From assembly GCF_009914755.1 (NCBI RefSeq), contig NC_060938.1: a stretch of 64,000 nt of DNA; one strand, 5' to 3'. Each line of letters opens with the position of its first letter. Positions within the stretch are counted from its first letter, which is position 1. This DNA comes from the human T2T-CHM13v2.0 reference genome, Homo sapiens. Made by a program: the position numbers and the translations under genes. Shown here piece by piece: positions 13,844 to 26,503 of the stretch. The notes under the pieces are model-generated. The model was not told the origin of the DNA and did not search any database. It saw only the letters and a program-made list of their open reading frames with translations.

Positions 13844-14631
13844 TGTCAAAAAAAAAGAGTCAAACTCTGTAAAATATTTGAAGAGATTTATTCTGAGCCA
13901 AATATGAATGACCACATCTGGTGACACAGCCCTCAGAAGGTCCTGAGGACATGTGCCCAAGGTGGTTGGACACAGCTTGGTTTTGTACATTTTAGGGAGG
14001 CATGAGACATCAAACAAATACATTTAAGAAATACATTGGTTTGGTCTAGAAAAACCAGACAACTCAAAGTGGAATGGGATGGTGGTGGGGAGGAGGCGGC
14101 TTCCAGGCTATAGAAACATTTAAACATTTTCTGGTTGACAATTGGTTGAGTTTGTCTAAAGACCTGGGTTCCATAGAAAAGAAATGTTCAGGTTAAGATA
14201 AAAGATTGTGCAGACCACAGTTCTTTTGAAGTCTTACAGTGGCTGTTCTTCGGGGGAATAGATGACAAATGTTTCCTATTCAGACCTTTAAAAGGTGCTA
14301 GACTCTTACTCAATCTCTTTAGGATTGGGAGGGCCAGGAAGAAAAAGATATAGCTATGTTAATAGAGATTCTTTACAGGTATAAATTTCCCCCCACAAAG
14401 GACACATTTGCAGGGCCATTTCAAAATAAGACAAAGAAAGATGTTTTGGAGTAAAATATTTTGACTTTCTTTTTTGTCACATAATATTATGCCAGAGTCA
14501 GATTGGAAAGTCACAATATATGGGGTTAAATAAAACCCATCTGATGAGAATGTATGGTTTGTAAGGCATGACTCTCCAGACACCTTAGATAGGAATTTGG
14601 GCCAGATAAAAAAATCAGAGCTTTGTCCTCA
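13844..14631 (-). mobile_element. MER4E-like (ERV1, MER4 group) solo LTR
   Basis: AAAGAGTCAAACTCTGTAAAATATTTGAAGAGATTTATTCTGAGCCAAATATGA ... CTTAGATAGGAATTTGGG...TCAGAGCTTTGTCCTCA; TSD GCCG (13157-13160) / GCAG (14632-14635). Confidence 0.85.
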
Positions 14632-14957
14632 GCAGTCATATTAAATACAACCATAGTAGACAGCTCCTCTGGTTCCTGCCCACAGCCTGGTTCTGCCACA
14701 CATTTTTGTGCATGTTCTTGCTCTTTTCTTTCTAACCAAAATTTATCTTTGCACCATAGATAGGTCTCATCTATTTCTGTTTCCCAACTTCTCATCAGAG
14801 ACATTCCCCAAACTTAGGTTTCACATTAATATTCTACAAAAGTGTACCAGGGTTCTTTGGGGATTGCAAATGCAAAATTGGGTTCAATGTGCTGTGTTCT
14901 TACTCATTTTCTTAGCTCATACTAAAAAGTGTGCATGCTATTTTTTAAATGCATTTC

Positions 14958-15406
14958 TGTATCAATTAGGAAGACATTCAGCTGCACTTAACAGACAACC
15001 CAACTTAAATAAACAGTAGTTTAGTTTCTCACATACCAAGAATTTTGGAGATAGATTGTTTACAGCGTTGATTCAGTGGTTCAACAACATTAAGGTCAAC
15101 TCTTCTGCTGTTCTCTCAGTCTTTCTTTTGTGATAGCAAGATGGCTGCTGCAGCTCCACCCTTTACATTTACATTCCAGTGAGAAGAAGGAAGAGTAGCA
15201 AGAAAGCAAAAATTTTTCTAGGACCCACTCACCCAGGTCCAGGTCACGTGGATACTCTTAGCTACAAGGGAAATAACAAAAGAGACAACAGGATCTCATG
15301 ATCATGACCTGAGGTTCTGGGTGTGTTACTGTCTGAACACAATCAAGATCCTCTTTATAGGAAAGAAGGTGAAATGAATATTGAGTAGGTAACCAAACAT
15401 GCCACA
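14958..15406 (-). mobile_element. Old MaLR solo LTR (MLT1J/K/L-type)
   Basis: TGTATCAATTAGGA...CAGCTGCA, AGCAAGATGGCTGCTGCAGCTCCA, GGTCACGTGG...CTTAGCTACAAGGGA. Confidence 0.7.
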
Positions 15407-15762
15407 ATTCTTTATCTTTAAATATAGTTTTATCTTCATCCTATTGGAAATATTTGTTTCCCTTACAGTCCAGGATGTCCCAAGAATTTAAACATTGTAA
15501 AGGATGCCAGCTACAAAGAAACCATTCCATTGTATTTTTGGGAGAGGATCAGTGCCTAGTAGACTGCAGAACTGACACAAAGTACTGAAGAAGTATTTGT
15601 TGCTGACTGAGGAGATGAATGAAAAAATGTAACTTGGATAAATAACAAAAGCAGAATTTTATTGTCATGACCTCCATTGTTGACCACAGTCTCTTAGTGA
15701 TTACATTCTTAATTTAAAAGGCTTAATTTGGTTTTATTTTATCTGTATTTTATTCAGTAATA

Positions 15763-16198
15763 CAGCTGACGCTTGAACAACACGGGAGTTAAGGATGCCA
15801 AACCCCTGCACAGTTGAAAATCCAATTATAACTTTTCAATCCCCAAAAACTTTACTAAAAGCCTACTGTTGACCAGGCGCCTCAGTGATAACATAAACAG
15901 TCAATTAACACATATTTGTGTATTATATGTATGATAAACTGATTCTTACAATGAAGTAAGCTAGAGAAAAGAAAATATTATTAAGAATATCATCAGAAAG
16001 AGAAAATATATTTACTAATCATTCACTGGAAGTGGATCGTCACAAAGATCTTCATTCTTGTCTTCACATAGAGTAGGATGAAGAGGAGGAGAAAGAGGAG
16101 GAGTCGGTCTTACTGTCTCGGGGGCAGCAGCAGCTGAAGAAAATCCACACATAAGTGAAACCATGCAGTTCAAATCCATGCTGTTCAAGGGTCAACAA
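15763..16198. mobile_element. Tigger2a (MER28)-like TcMar-Tigger DNA transposon
   Basis: TA + CAGCTGACGCTTGAACAACACGGG left TIR; CCATGCTGTTCAAGGGTCAAC right TIR; ~435 bp. Confidence 0.85.
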
Positions 16199-16340
16199 GA
16201 CATAAAACGTCCCTGTCATGCAATATGGGAGTTCAATATGCAAAGTATCCCCTTAGCTGGCTCCAGCTTGTTCCTTCCACAGAGATAACCAGTGTCTCCT
16301 GTCTGAGATCTCACCACAGATCTGTGCAGCACATCCATCC

Positions 16341-16632
<292 letters not shown>

Positions 16633-16819
16633 TCTTCCCATCATTTTTCTATACACTGGACACAAATGCACATGTTACTTCTGGTTTTCTTTTAAATAAA
16701 AATTCACATAAATGCAAATCACACCATACACATTGCTTTTTGTTTTGCTTAGTTTTACTTCACAATAAATCCTGAGATTTGTCCCAAGTCAGCATAGTAT
16801 TTTATTTTAGACATCCCTA

Positions 16820-17010
16820 GTAGCAATACCTCACTTGCATCTAGCACTTAACAGTTAAGCCCTTTCACATATATTGTTTCATCAGACCTTCACTACAATG
16901 ATCATTATCCACATCTTTCATAGATAAAAAAATCTGAGGGTCAGAGAGGTAGTAAAAGTCAGAAATAAATCCCAGATTCAGCCACTCCCACCCCAGTGCT
17001 CTATTTCAAC
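16820..17010 (-). mobile_element. MIR fragment
   Basis: Decayed MIR core CATAGATAAAAAAATCTGAGGGTCAGAGAGGT. Confidence 0.55.
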
Positions 17011-17404
17011 AACGTGTCTGTGCCCACAAACTCTTACTAAATGTGCCTTATGGCCCCTTGACATATGTTCGTCATTAAAACATTTTTGCTTGGGCAAGTT
17101 TCTGTAATCTTTCATATCCATGACCCCAAAAATATATGACCTCCTGATCTAAATTAATAGGAAGAGAGAGAAAAAAAAGGTAGTGGAAAAAAGGAAAGGG
17201 ACAAAGGAAGAGATGTCTGGCAGTAGCTTTAGGGGAATTTAAAACTATAAGGGGTTATTTCTAGTGATATTTTTTACATACAAAATTGTAAAAAGGAGCT
17301 GTGAGCAAATGTCCAAAAGTTTCACAGAGCTGAAGTACAATCCTTGAAATCAGCATGGAAAATTCAGTGCTTGAATCTGACCTGTGGTCAGAATGCTTGG
17401 CACA

Positions 17405-17409
<5 letters not shown>

Positions 17410-17445
<36 letters not shown>
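17410..17445. repeat. (CA)n microsatellite
   Basis: Direct observation. Confidence 0.95.
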
Positions 17446-17449
<4 letters not shown>

Positions 17450-18429
17450 TTCTAAAGAGAGAAAGTCTGTCCCAATTTCCCTCTGCCTCATGTTCCTGAC
17501 ACATGGCTTTACATTAGCTCCAAGCCAAACCCCAAGTGAAAGCTGGCTCTACGTTCATGTAGCAGATTCGGATTTTCTCTAATCCTTAAAAGGCACTGTC
17601 ACGTGTGCTTCAAAACATCATAAAAACAACTTGGATTGCCTCTTCCAAGGGGCAGAAGAGAAAATCAATACATTCTGATTTTCTCCTCTGTTAAACTCTC
17701 AATGACTGAAACAGCAGTGTAGCTGGGGAGAGTTTAGTAGCTCAACAACCACATACTAAATTCTTCTTCAAGATTATAGGGCCTTATTTAGGTGTCTATT
17801 GGCAGAGCTTTAGGGCTTTAATGGGTTCAAAACTGCACCAGTAATCAGCAAAAATAAATAGTGCACTCATGTACAACTCATGTAAGTATGACGATCATTA
17901 TTTGTGGAACCATCTGGCATAACAGATTTCCTCGTAGCATGGGAACTAAATGATACAATGCCATTAAAGTTAATAAACAAGAGAGATTATTAAGTGAAAT
18001 GGTGCCATGAAATTGGTGAGTAAGGATTTCAGAGGCACTTTGAATGTTTCTCAGCTAGAAGACAGACCACATACTAGGTAAGATGGATGGAAAATCTCAA
18101 GGATTCAGTCATCCTTATTCCCATGTCCAACCCACTGGCAAATCTCATCAAGTCAATTGTCAAAAATTCATCTGGGAATCATCGACATTTTTCTTTTTCT
18201 TTTTTTTCTCACCCCTACCTTTATAAGGCCCATCTACTTTTTTCTGTTTCCACAGCCATGACCACAGAGTCCCTGCCATCACCACCTAAGACCTGGATCC
18301 CTGCAAGTCCTAGACTGGTTTATTTTCTTCCACTTCCTTTCAATGTACTCTTTACAAAGCAGATGTCATCTTATGTAAATGTAAATCCTGTCACTCATAG
18401 ACTTAAAATCCTCCAATGTCTTTTTCATC

Positions 18430-18901
18430 TGTATTTGTTTTCTAGGGACTATCATAAAGTTCCACAAACTGGGTGGTTTTAAAGGACAAAAATTTATTGT
18501 CTTACAATTCTGGAGGCTAGAAGTCTGGAATCAAGGTGTTGGCAGGGCCACAGCCCCTCTGAAACCCACAGGGCAATCCCTCTCTGCCTCCTCTAGCTTC
18601 TGTGGTGTGCTAGCAATTTTTGGCATTCCTCGGCTCATAGAGGAATCTTTCTACTTCTCTAGCTTCAAATGGCATTGTGTCTGTGTCTTCGTTCATCTTC
18701 TATCTATGGTTGTCTGTCTCTGTGGCCAAATCTCCCCTTTTCATAAGGACACCACGCCTTTTTATTAGGCCCGCCCTAATGATGTCATTTTAACTCTATT
18801 ATATCAATAAAGATGCTATTTCCAAATAAGATTACATTCTGATTCTGAGCCTCAGGACTTCAACACATCTTTTTGAGGGGAGACACATGCAACCCACAAC
18901 A
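18430..18901 (-). mobile_element. MLT1C-like solo LTR
   Basis: TGTATTTGTTTTCTAGGG...CACAAACTGGGTGG...TTCTGGAGGCTAGAAGTC...CAACCCACAACA; TSD TCATC/TCAAC. Confidence 0.85.
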
Positions 18902-19110
18902 TCAACCTAGAGCAAACCTGAAGAGCTCGCTTACTCAGTTAGCAAGGCCCTACCTGTCTGTCTCTCTAAGCTCACTTGGCCCTCACCACACTGGCCTCTT
19001 GACATTCCTCCAGCTTGAAGCTCTTGGCTGCCGCTACCTGGAAGGCACTTCCTCTGGGACGTGCTGCCCCCACTTACCATTAAGTGGTTCCTCACTTATT
19101 ACTGCATCAG

Positions 19111-19283
19111 CAGAGGCATGTCCAGGTTTTATGGGGTCTGAAACTTATGCACCTTTGGGAATCTTTTATGAAAAAGAGCACACAGCTACACATAAAAACA
19201 CATCTGCAGCCTTGGAAGGGGCGCGGGCACAAGAAGGTCCCTGAAGCCCATGGTTCATTCTCTTTGTGGTAAAATTGCTTCTG
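19111..19283. mobile_element. MER96-like hAT MITE
   Basis: CAGAGGCATGTCCAGGTTTTATGGGGTCTGAAACTTAT ... GCCTTGGAAGGGGC...GGTAAAATTGCTTCTG; CAGAGGC/GCTTCTG terminal inverted repeats. Confidence 0.65.
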
Positions 19284-19589
19284 ATCCTGGGAGGGGGCAT
19301 CTTTGAGTACCTTGATCCAAAGAAGTCCCCACCATGTATTCTCTAGTTACCCTGCTTTATCTCCTTATCACACTTATCGCTAGCACTTATTAAATCTAAA
19401 ATTATCTTAATAACATATCTATGTTTTTTACACGTTGTCTCTGCATGCCAAATTAGAATCTCTAAGAAAGGAAAAGCTTATTGATTTTTACCACTACAGC
19501 CTAGATCCTAGCACACAGTGTCTTGTATAGAGTTGGCACTGAGTGAATATGTACTGGATTCAGAAATGGATGAATGAGTGAATAATAAT

Positions 19590-19795
19590 AGTGTCAATAA
19601 TAACAATAAGTCCTGCAGCACTACTTTGTTTCAGGCACAGCCTGCCATTATCCCCCCATCTTACAGGTGAAGAACCTTCCCTGCTCCTAGGTTAGTAGAA
19701 CTTACTCCCAGCTGGATGCTGGTCAATGGCAAAGCCAGTATTTGCAGCTAGCACTCTGGATCTAGACTCCATGCTCTAAACCCTATACTATCCTG
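19590..19795 (-). mobile_element. MIR fragment
   Basis: ATTATCCCCCCATCTTACAGGTGAAGAA...CTAGACTCCATGCTCTAAACC. Confidence 0.6.
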
Positions 19796-21859
19796 TGTAA
19801 CATCAAGGAAGTTTGCTTGGCTGACTCAGTGTTCAGCTCTATGGTCCAGAGACAGAAGCAGGAGATTCCCATTTCATAGGGATGAGGATTTTAAAGAGAA
19901 GATCATGTAACTTGCCGTCCACACCACACACATAGAAAAGGGACTTTCGTCCCAGGGCTCTGAGAGAGCAATGGAGGCCATCTGAGGAGTTCAGCTCCAC
20001 AAGGTCATCTCCACCTAACCTTGCCAGGCCAGACATTAAATTATGAGAGATCAAGTCCAATATGCAACCCAATAGGAACTTTCTGTGGCCTCCCCAAGGC
20101 TTCAGAATTATTATGGGACTTTTGCTATTATGATATGTGTGCCCCATCCTCTGAGTGGTATGTGTGTACACGCATACAGAAATGATAACAGCTGATGTGA
20201 AACATTCTTTAGGTGTGACCTCCTTTGATGACCCATGGGACTTTAGTCACATCACTCTTTATCCATTGAGTTTTAGAAAGAGGAAAATATTTAGTTCTTA
20301 AATTTAAAAAGTAAAATCAATAAAGACTTTCAGATTCTTCCTGGCATAAAACAAACTCTCTTTGACTTCTCTCATTGATACTCTCAACAGGCCCTGTGTG
20401 CTTTGGCTCTTGCTATCATAAATAAAGCAAAAAGAGAAGTCCACAGAGGTCTCTTTTTTGAAGCATAGCAGTATCAGACGATCAACTTTATTGGAAATGA
20501 GTTGATGAGACAAGAGGGCAAAGATGATGGGAGAAAAAGGAGAGTACATATTTTTAAGCAAAACTCCCCTGTATTATGAAATATCCCTATGGAGCCCTCC
20601 TTTGAAATAACCCAGCAGATGACCATCCCATCCAGTACCACCTGCCCTGCTTGTTTTGCTCTGTTCTGTTTTGTAATCTTTCTTTAATCCATGATAACAA
20701 CCCACAATCTCAAATAGCTGGAGGGGGGCATTCTCTCTCACCATCATCTAGGCCAAAGGATGAATTTTATTCCCAGAATAACTACATTCATAGAAGTGAT
20801 ACCAGAAAGATGAAGTGAAAAGCATGAACCCCAGTCAACCTCAGTTTTATATTTCCTGATGTTCTGATAAGAAGAAAACACCATTGGACAAGGAGAAAGA
20901 TCTTTTTTTCTTTTTTTTTTTTTTTTTAACAACAAGCAGTGGGGGAACAAGGGAAGACCACTTAAATCCTTTGCTCTTCCTTTGGCTAGAATTTCCCCCA
21001 TTGCCTGAGATGTTTGTTATTTATCAAATAAAAATATTAACTAGGTCCCCACGCTTATACTCTGAATTTAGAATATATCATCAGAGAAGGTGCAGAAAGA
21101 AAGGAAGATTTTTTTGTCTTTTCAAATTGTTGTAATCAGTTCCTAGTGGTAAAGAAGGTTTTGCTTCATGTAGTAGGTTATTTCTTATTGTTGGAATAGA
21201 ATTGTGCTTAAGGATATAAGATTCAATAATTTATTTTAGGCTTGACTTTTTCTTAGCTCACTGGAATCACAGCTGAGATTTGTGCACTGCCCAAGCTCAA
21301 TAACTTGTTCCTCCCTGACCCAGAATCCATGGAGATTGTAACAAAGGCCCCAGTCTAGGCCTTGAATATACACACCTTGGACTTTGGGCTACTGGTGTTG
21401 CAATGAATTCAATAGAAAACATTCTATTCTGAGAGCAGGGCTCAAATACTGCAAAGTGATTCCCTAGTAGGGTCATTCACATTATTCCTCATGCCACTGC
21501 ACAGACTGTGTCACCTCAATGGGTTTTGATGGACATGGCCAACACATCTCTTTCAGATGAAGGTGGCACCCCTTTTTCTGCTATCAAAAGGACTTTACAA
21601 TGCAGCAGTTTCTCATAAATTTAGGAGTGTAGGGTCCTTCTGCCCATGATTAAATTGGGCCCAAGGCAGGTCAACACACCTTTATAACCGTCAGGCCTAG
21701 AATGCTGTATCCAGATGCTCTGGCAGTACATCTTGCACAAAGTCGCTGCCGGTTAAACACCAAAGCAAAACAGCAGATGGTGCTTGGATTCACTACATTT
21801 CTCTTTGAAGCTCTCCAGATTCACAAGCTGATGGAATCATTCTCTATTTTGAAGAGTAG

Positions 21860-22130
21860 GGTCCTTGACGGCAGGGGCTTTTTGCTTGTCCTTATATTTC
21901 CAAATTCCAACAAGCAACACTTCAATAAATGTGTATGCATTCATTCATTCATTCATTCATTCAAAACATGTTCATTTAATTACTATTTTCCAGAATACAG
22001 TGGTGATCAAAACAGAGTCCTTGCTCTTCTAGAGTTTAAGAACCAATCTTGATGTCAACTGAAGATTTATATAAACTGGCTATTACAATCTGTCATAAGA
22101 ATTCTGAAATAACATACACAGGGCAATGAA
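21860..22130. mobile_element. Two L2 3' ends tail-to-tail around a (CATT)n tract
   Basis: TCCTTGACGGCAGGGGC...TCAATAAATGT (+) then CATTCATTCATT...AAAACAGAGTCCTTGCTCTTCTAGAG (-). Confidence 0.6.
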
Positions 22131-24519
22131 TGACTGACTGACTAGATAAAGATTCAGACTCTTACTTTCCAAGGTCCAGACAGCCATTCTGTGGTGTGAA
22201 TTGAAAAGGAAAGGGCTTGTGTTTTTAACAACTTCATTACTTCATTCCAAGGCACCAGAATACAGATGGACAATCCTCTTATTACATTAAATGCATATGC
22301 ATGGCTTTTGTTCCAAAACTCTCCCAAACACAAACACAAACAGAGCTCTGACACCTCACTGATGTGATAGCTTATGCATATGAGGGGAGAACAACTATTA
22401 AATTTTCCATCAAATAATTTAATTTCTATTAAATCTATATCTTGACAAAGCCTCCACCAATACAAACTTTTTGCCAAATGGCTAAGAATATACTTTGGAC
22501 ATTTAATACAAAATGGACAGTTTCAAATAGCTTTACACATGTTGAAAGTTTAAAAAGTTGTTTGTTAAGCACTTTAGTTATAATTCATTTAAAAATCCCA
22601 TTATATTTGGTTACACAAGAGTGGCTTTAATACACTTAAAGATGCAGTACTCCTTAGCTGTGACATATTTATAGTCTGAACATTAAAAGGTTTACAAAAT
22701 AAGGCTATATTTTCTCAGTGTCAAACATCCCTCAATGAAGACAATTATTCAGTCTGCCTGTTTGTAATTAGGTATGAAATAATTTATGGTTATGAAGATA
22801 AGTGAGCAAAAATTTCTGGAATAACTGCATATTGTATTTTATTATTAAAAGATTTTCATAATCTTTCCAGGGTTTGAGGAGTCATAAATTGCCCAGGTCG
22901 GATTTCCACTGGATTTCTCTTGGAATTAATAAGCATATGGATCTGATCTAAGACTGTGTGTCAAAAATATTGAAGAGAATGGCTTCACACAAAGCTGAAA
23001 ATGAAATGAGATTGACATAGCTGACTTTGGTTTGGAGAACAAGAGCAAAGTGCTGCCTGTAGTCAACCCACAAAGACAGAGTCTGGCAGGTCTAAGGGAC
23101 AAAGAACACCCTACTGGGGTCAGAAATGCAACCTAAGTCCCAATAACCCAGGGCTGGAGAGCTTTTCCTCTTCCACACTCCCTTCTTTTTGACAAATATT
23201 AAGAACACTTTCAGCATGTTATCTCTATGCCATAACTACACATTCCTGGGATATGTAGTTGGTTAAAAGCAAATTCAGTCTTTTTCCTCACTACTTCTGC
23301 CAGCAGAATCACCAAACACAGGATACATCAGCCTGTTTCTTCTATTTTTTTCCTTCAATTCAAAAGGAGTAGTGAAAGTATGGCACTACTACTGTTTTTA
23401 TCAAAGCATTATTTTGTCTAATATGTTAGTCTTCATAACTTCTCAAATATCCATTTTTCCCCAAACCTAAGCAGATATTGTCTAATTCTCCTAATATTTT
23501 GTAGTTCCTGAAACTCCAAAAATGTTCTACGTAACTTACATTGTCTTTTCAAAGTTGAAATGAATTTAAGAAACTTTGTAGAACACATTTATGATGTTCC
23601 CAGAAATTCTTGCAATTTCCAATAGCTAGTCAAAAGCTGGAACACACAGTTTGACATAGTACAATCCCAACCCCTCATTGCCATGCCGTCCTGGAGAAAG
23701 CCTCTATTAAGCCTAAATAGAAAAATTGCCAAGCCAATTAAGTGTGAGTGAATCTGAACGGGCTACGTGGAGATAGCCTCTGAACAAATCATTTCTGCCA
23801 ACTCACATTCAGTGAGTACTCACAGAGTACTTGGCCCAAGGCCAGAGATGGAGATTTCACCAAATGTGAAGATGCAGTTACTAAACAGCAAATCTACTCA
23901 GTTGTCAGAGCAGAGCTGCCGGCTCTACCTCCTTTCACAAGTGACCCCTGACACTTTCAATTATGGGAGCTCACCAGCACTCTGCAATCAACTTTTCTAG
24001 GGGAAATATATCTTAACTTAAAACTCCAAAAAGTTTGAAACTAGGCTACCGAACTAAAAGGATGCATTCTGAAATGCTTTGCAACAGCAATTTTTTTTAA
24101 GATTGTGTAGACTATGCTATCGACCAGGTGCACTGAGCTGAAGCTAAGTGAGGGTCAAAAGACAGAACAGGTGGCATGAGGCCACATCTAGCAGTCGGTC
24201 TGAAGTACATGACAGGAAGCAAAAGCCTCCTTGGTCTGATCAACTCCAAGAGACCATTTAGTATGATCTTAATTTATTCTTTCATTGATATTACAGGATA
24301 ATGGTGAAGAACCAACCTATAAAAACAAGCACCCACAGTCTCCATGAATTTCTCCCACATAGGGGTGGCTTGCACATGTAAGGTACACAGGTATGGCTGT
24401 GGAACGAATGAAATATTATTGTCAGTCTCTCTGCTTCTTTGCTGAAGATTCTTTCTATTTGAGGATAACGTGCAAAAGCAAAACAGCAGAGGCATGAGGG
24501 AAAGAGGGAAAGTCAGGTA

Positions 24520-25005
24520 AATCGTAAGATAAAAGGAACCCAAAATATCATCTAGTCTAACTCCCCCTGCTATATAATAAACCTATCCACAATCACATTC
24601 ATCAGGGTTTGTTTGAACATTTCCAAAGAAATGATAACGTTAAAGAGTACACATTTACTTCTTCACAGAGTAGACCATTGCTTTGGTGGATAGCTCTAAT
24701 TATTTTAAAGCTCCTTCTTATATGGAGCCTGATTTCTAACCTGTAATTTCTAACTGTGGTTCAAATTATGACCACTTAAAGCAGAATTTGTCAGCTTTCC
24801 TTCACAGGCTTTCAAATATATGAAGGCAGCTGTGATGTCTTCCCCAAATTTTCCTTTACCTGAGCGAAATCATCCCATATCCTCCAACCAATCACTCAAC
24901 CATTCAAGTGTGGTTTCCACATCCTTCATTATCCTGGTAACCATCCAGATAGTTAATGACAGTCTCAAAATGCAGCACCCAAATCTGACATCCATACTCT
25001 ACACA
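24520..25005 (-). mobile_element. L3/CR1 LINE 3' fragment
   Basis: ATCATCTAGTCTAACTCC, GATAGCTCTAATT, TTCAAATATATGAAGGCAGCT, AAAATGCAGCACCCAAATCTGACA match reverse CR1/L3. Confidence 0.7.
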
Positions 25006-25704
25006 TATTCCTATGGTACCGTGGCAACTGACAGAAATTTCTTCATGCAGGGTTAATGTTATGAAACACCTTTTAAATTAGCCAAAGCAGGGGTCCATGT
25101 TTTCTGCTTGCTCTATGTCTTGTACTTAATTTACAGTGTGGGCCACTAGCCATTAGGGAGGTGTGGGGAATGTGATTGTTGCCAATAATTGACCATTCCC
25201 TGGTTCAGGAGATACATAAAATTCTAATGGAACCATTATTCTTACACCCACAGGATATATAACAAGAACAATAAAGTGATGCATTTGCAGTATCTGCTTT
25301 TTTTTTAAAAAAAAGATGCTTTATGAAAATATCCATCTATATTTTATCTCGCATGATGATGTACAAACTAACTACCTCAAAATGAGATTCTTATGTTAAG
25401 TGTTAAGAGGGGAACATACATAGCCTTGCAGGCACACACTTTTCCAGAGCACACTAACTGCTGAAACATCTCATTAATGCATCACTGTCATAGAGCTAGA
25501 TGACTTTGGGCATTGTAATACTGGTTCCATGGCAACCTATTGTCCTTGCACATTTATTTGTTGAATTGTTTGTTGGCGCATGGAACTGTGCCATAACTAG
25601 AAAAGTAAGTGTTCAGTCACCAAGCAACTTTAGTGATCAGATCGCATAAGGCTCTTAAAGTTAGAGTGGTTTTATACCATGTACAGACATCTATAAGACA
25701 TTTT

Positions 25705-26372
25705 TAATGTATTTCTTTTTTTAAAAAAGTTTAATTAACAAATAAAATCGAACATATCCCAGGTGAACAATGTGATGATTTGATTACATATGCATTGTAT
25801 CCTGATTATCACAGTCAAATTAATTAATATCCACCACCATCCATAGGTATACTCTGTATGTGTGTATGTGTGTATAGTGAGGACACTTAAAATCTGCTAT
25901 AGAATTTCAAGTAAACAATGCAGTATTATCAACTAGAGTCATCATGATGTACTTTAGATACCCAGAACTTATTTATCTTCCAGTATCTCCCTATTTTTCC
26001 CCACATCCCAGTCCCTGGCAGACACCACTCTCCTCTCTGCTTCTAAAGTTTGACGTTTTTAGATTCCACATATAAGTGATATCATACTGTATTTTTCTCT
26101 CTGTGTCTAGCTTATTTCACTTGTATAATGTCCTGCAGGCTCATCCATGTTGTCACAAATGGTAAGATCTCCTTCTTCTTATAAGAATAATATTCATATA
26201 TATATCTTTACACACACACATACATATACCACATTTTTTAGTCCACTCATCTGTCAATGAACAGTTTGTTTCTGTATCTTCACTACTGTGAATAATACTG
26301 CAAGGAAGATGAGGGTGCAGATATCTCTTCAAAATGTTTATGTTATTTTTTGTGCACATATACCCAGAAGTG
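25705..26372 (-). mobile_element. L1MA/L1MB 3' fragment
   Basis: T-rich tail at left; TTTTAGATTCCACATATAAGTGATATCAT...CTTATTTCACT...CATCCATGTTGTCACAAATGG...TACCCAGAAGTG. Confidence 0.85.
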
Positions 26373-26503
26373 AGGACTCCAGATGACAGTGCCTTGATCT
26401 TGGACTTTCCAGCCTCCAGAGCTGTGAGAAATAAATTTCTGTTCTTTTATAAATGACCCAGGCTATGGTATTCTGTGATAACCGCACAAAACAGACTAAG
26501 ACA
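26373..26503 (+). mobile_element. 3' fragment of MLT1A/MSTD-type LTR
   Basis: GCCTTGATCTTGGACTTTCCAGCCTCCAGAGCTGTGAGAAATAAATTTCTG...AAAACAGACTAAGACA. Confidence 0.8.

Larger units (their letters stand above)
18090..19580 (+). mobile_element. L2 LINE 3' portion interrupted by MLT1C and MER96
   Basis: CTTAAAATCCTCCAATG before the LTR, CACACTGGCCTCTTG after it, ends TAGCACACAGTGTCTTGTATAGAGTTGGCACT...GAATGAGTGAAT. Confidence 0.65.

Noticed and set aside
24297-24390. Plus-strand exon (TTATTCTTTCATTGATATTACAG...CAG|GTATGG)
   Set aside because: Ambiguous donor, stops in the frames I read, and no partner exons; expected by chance.
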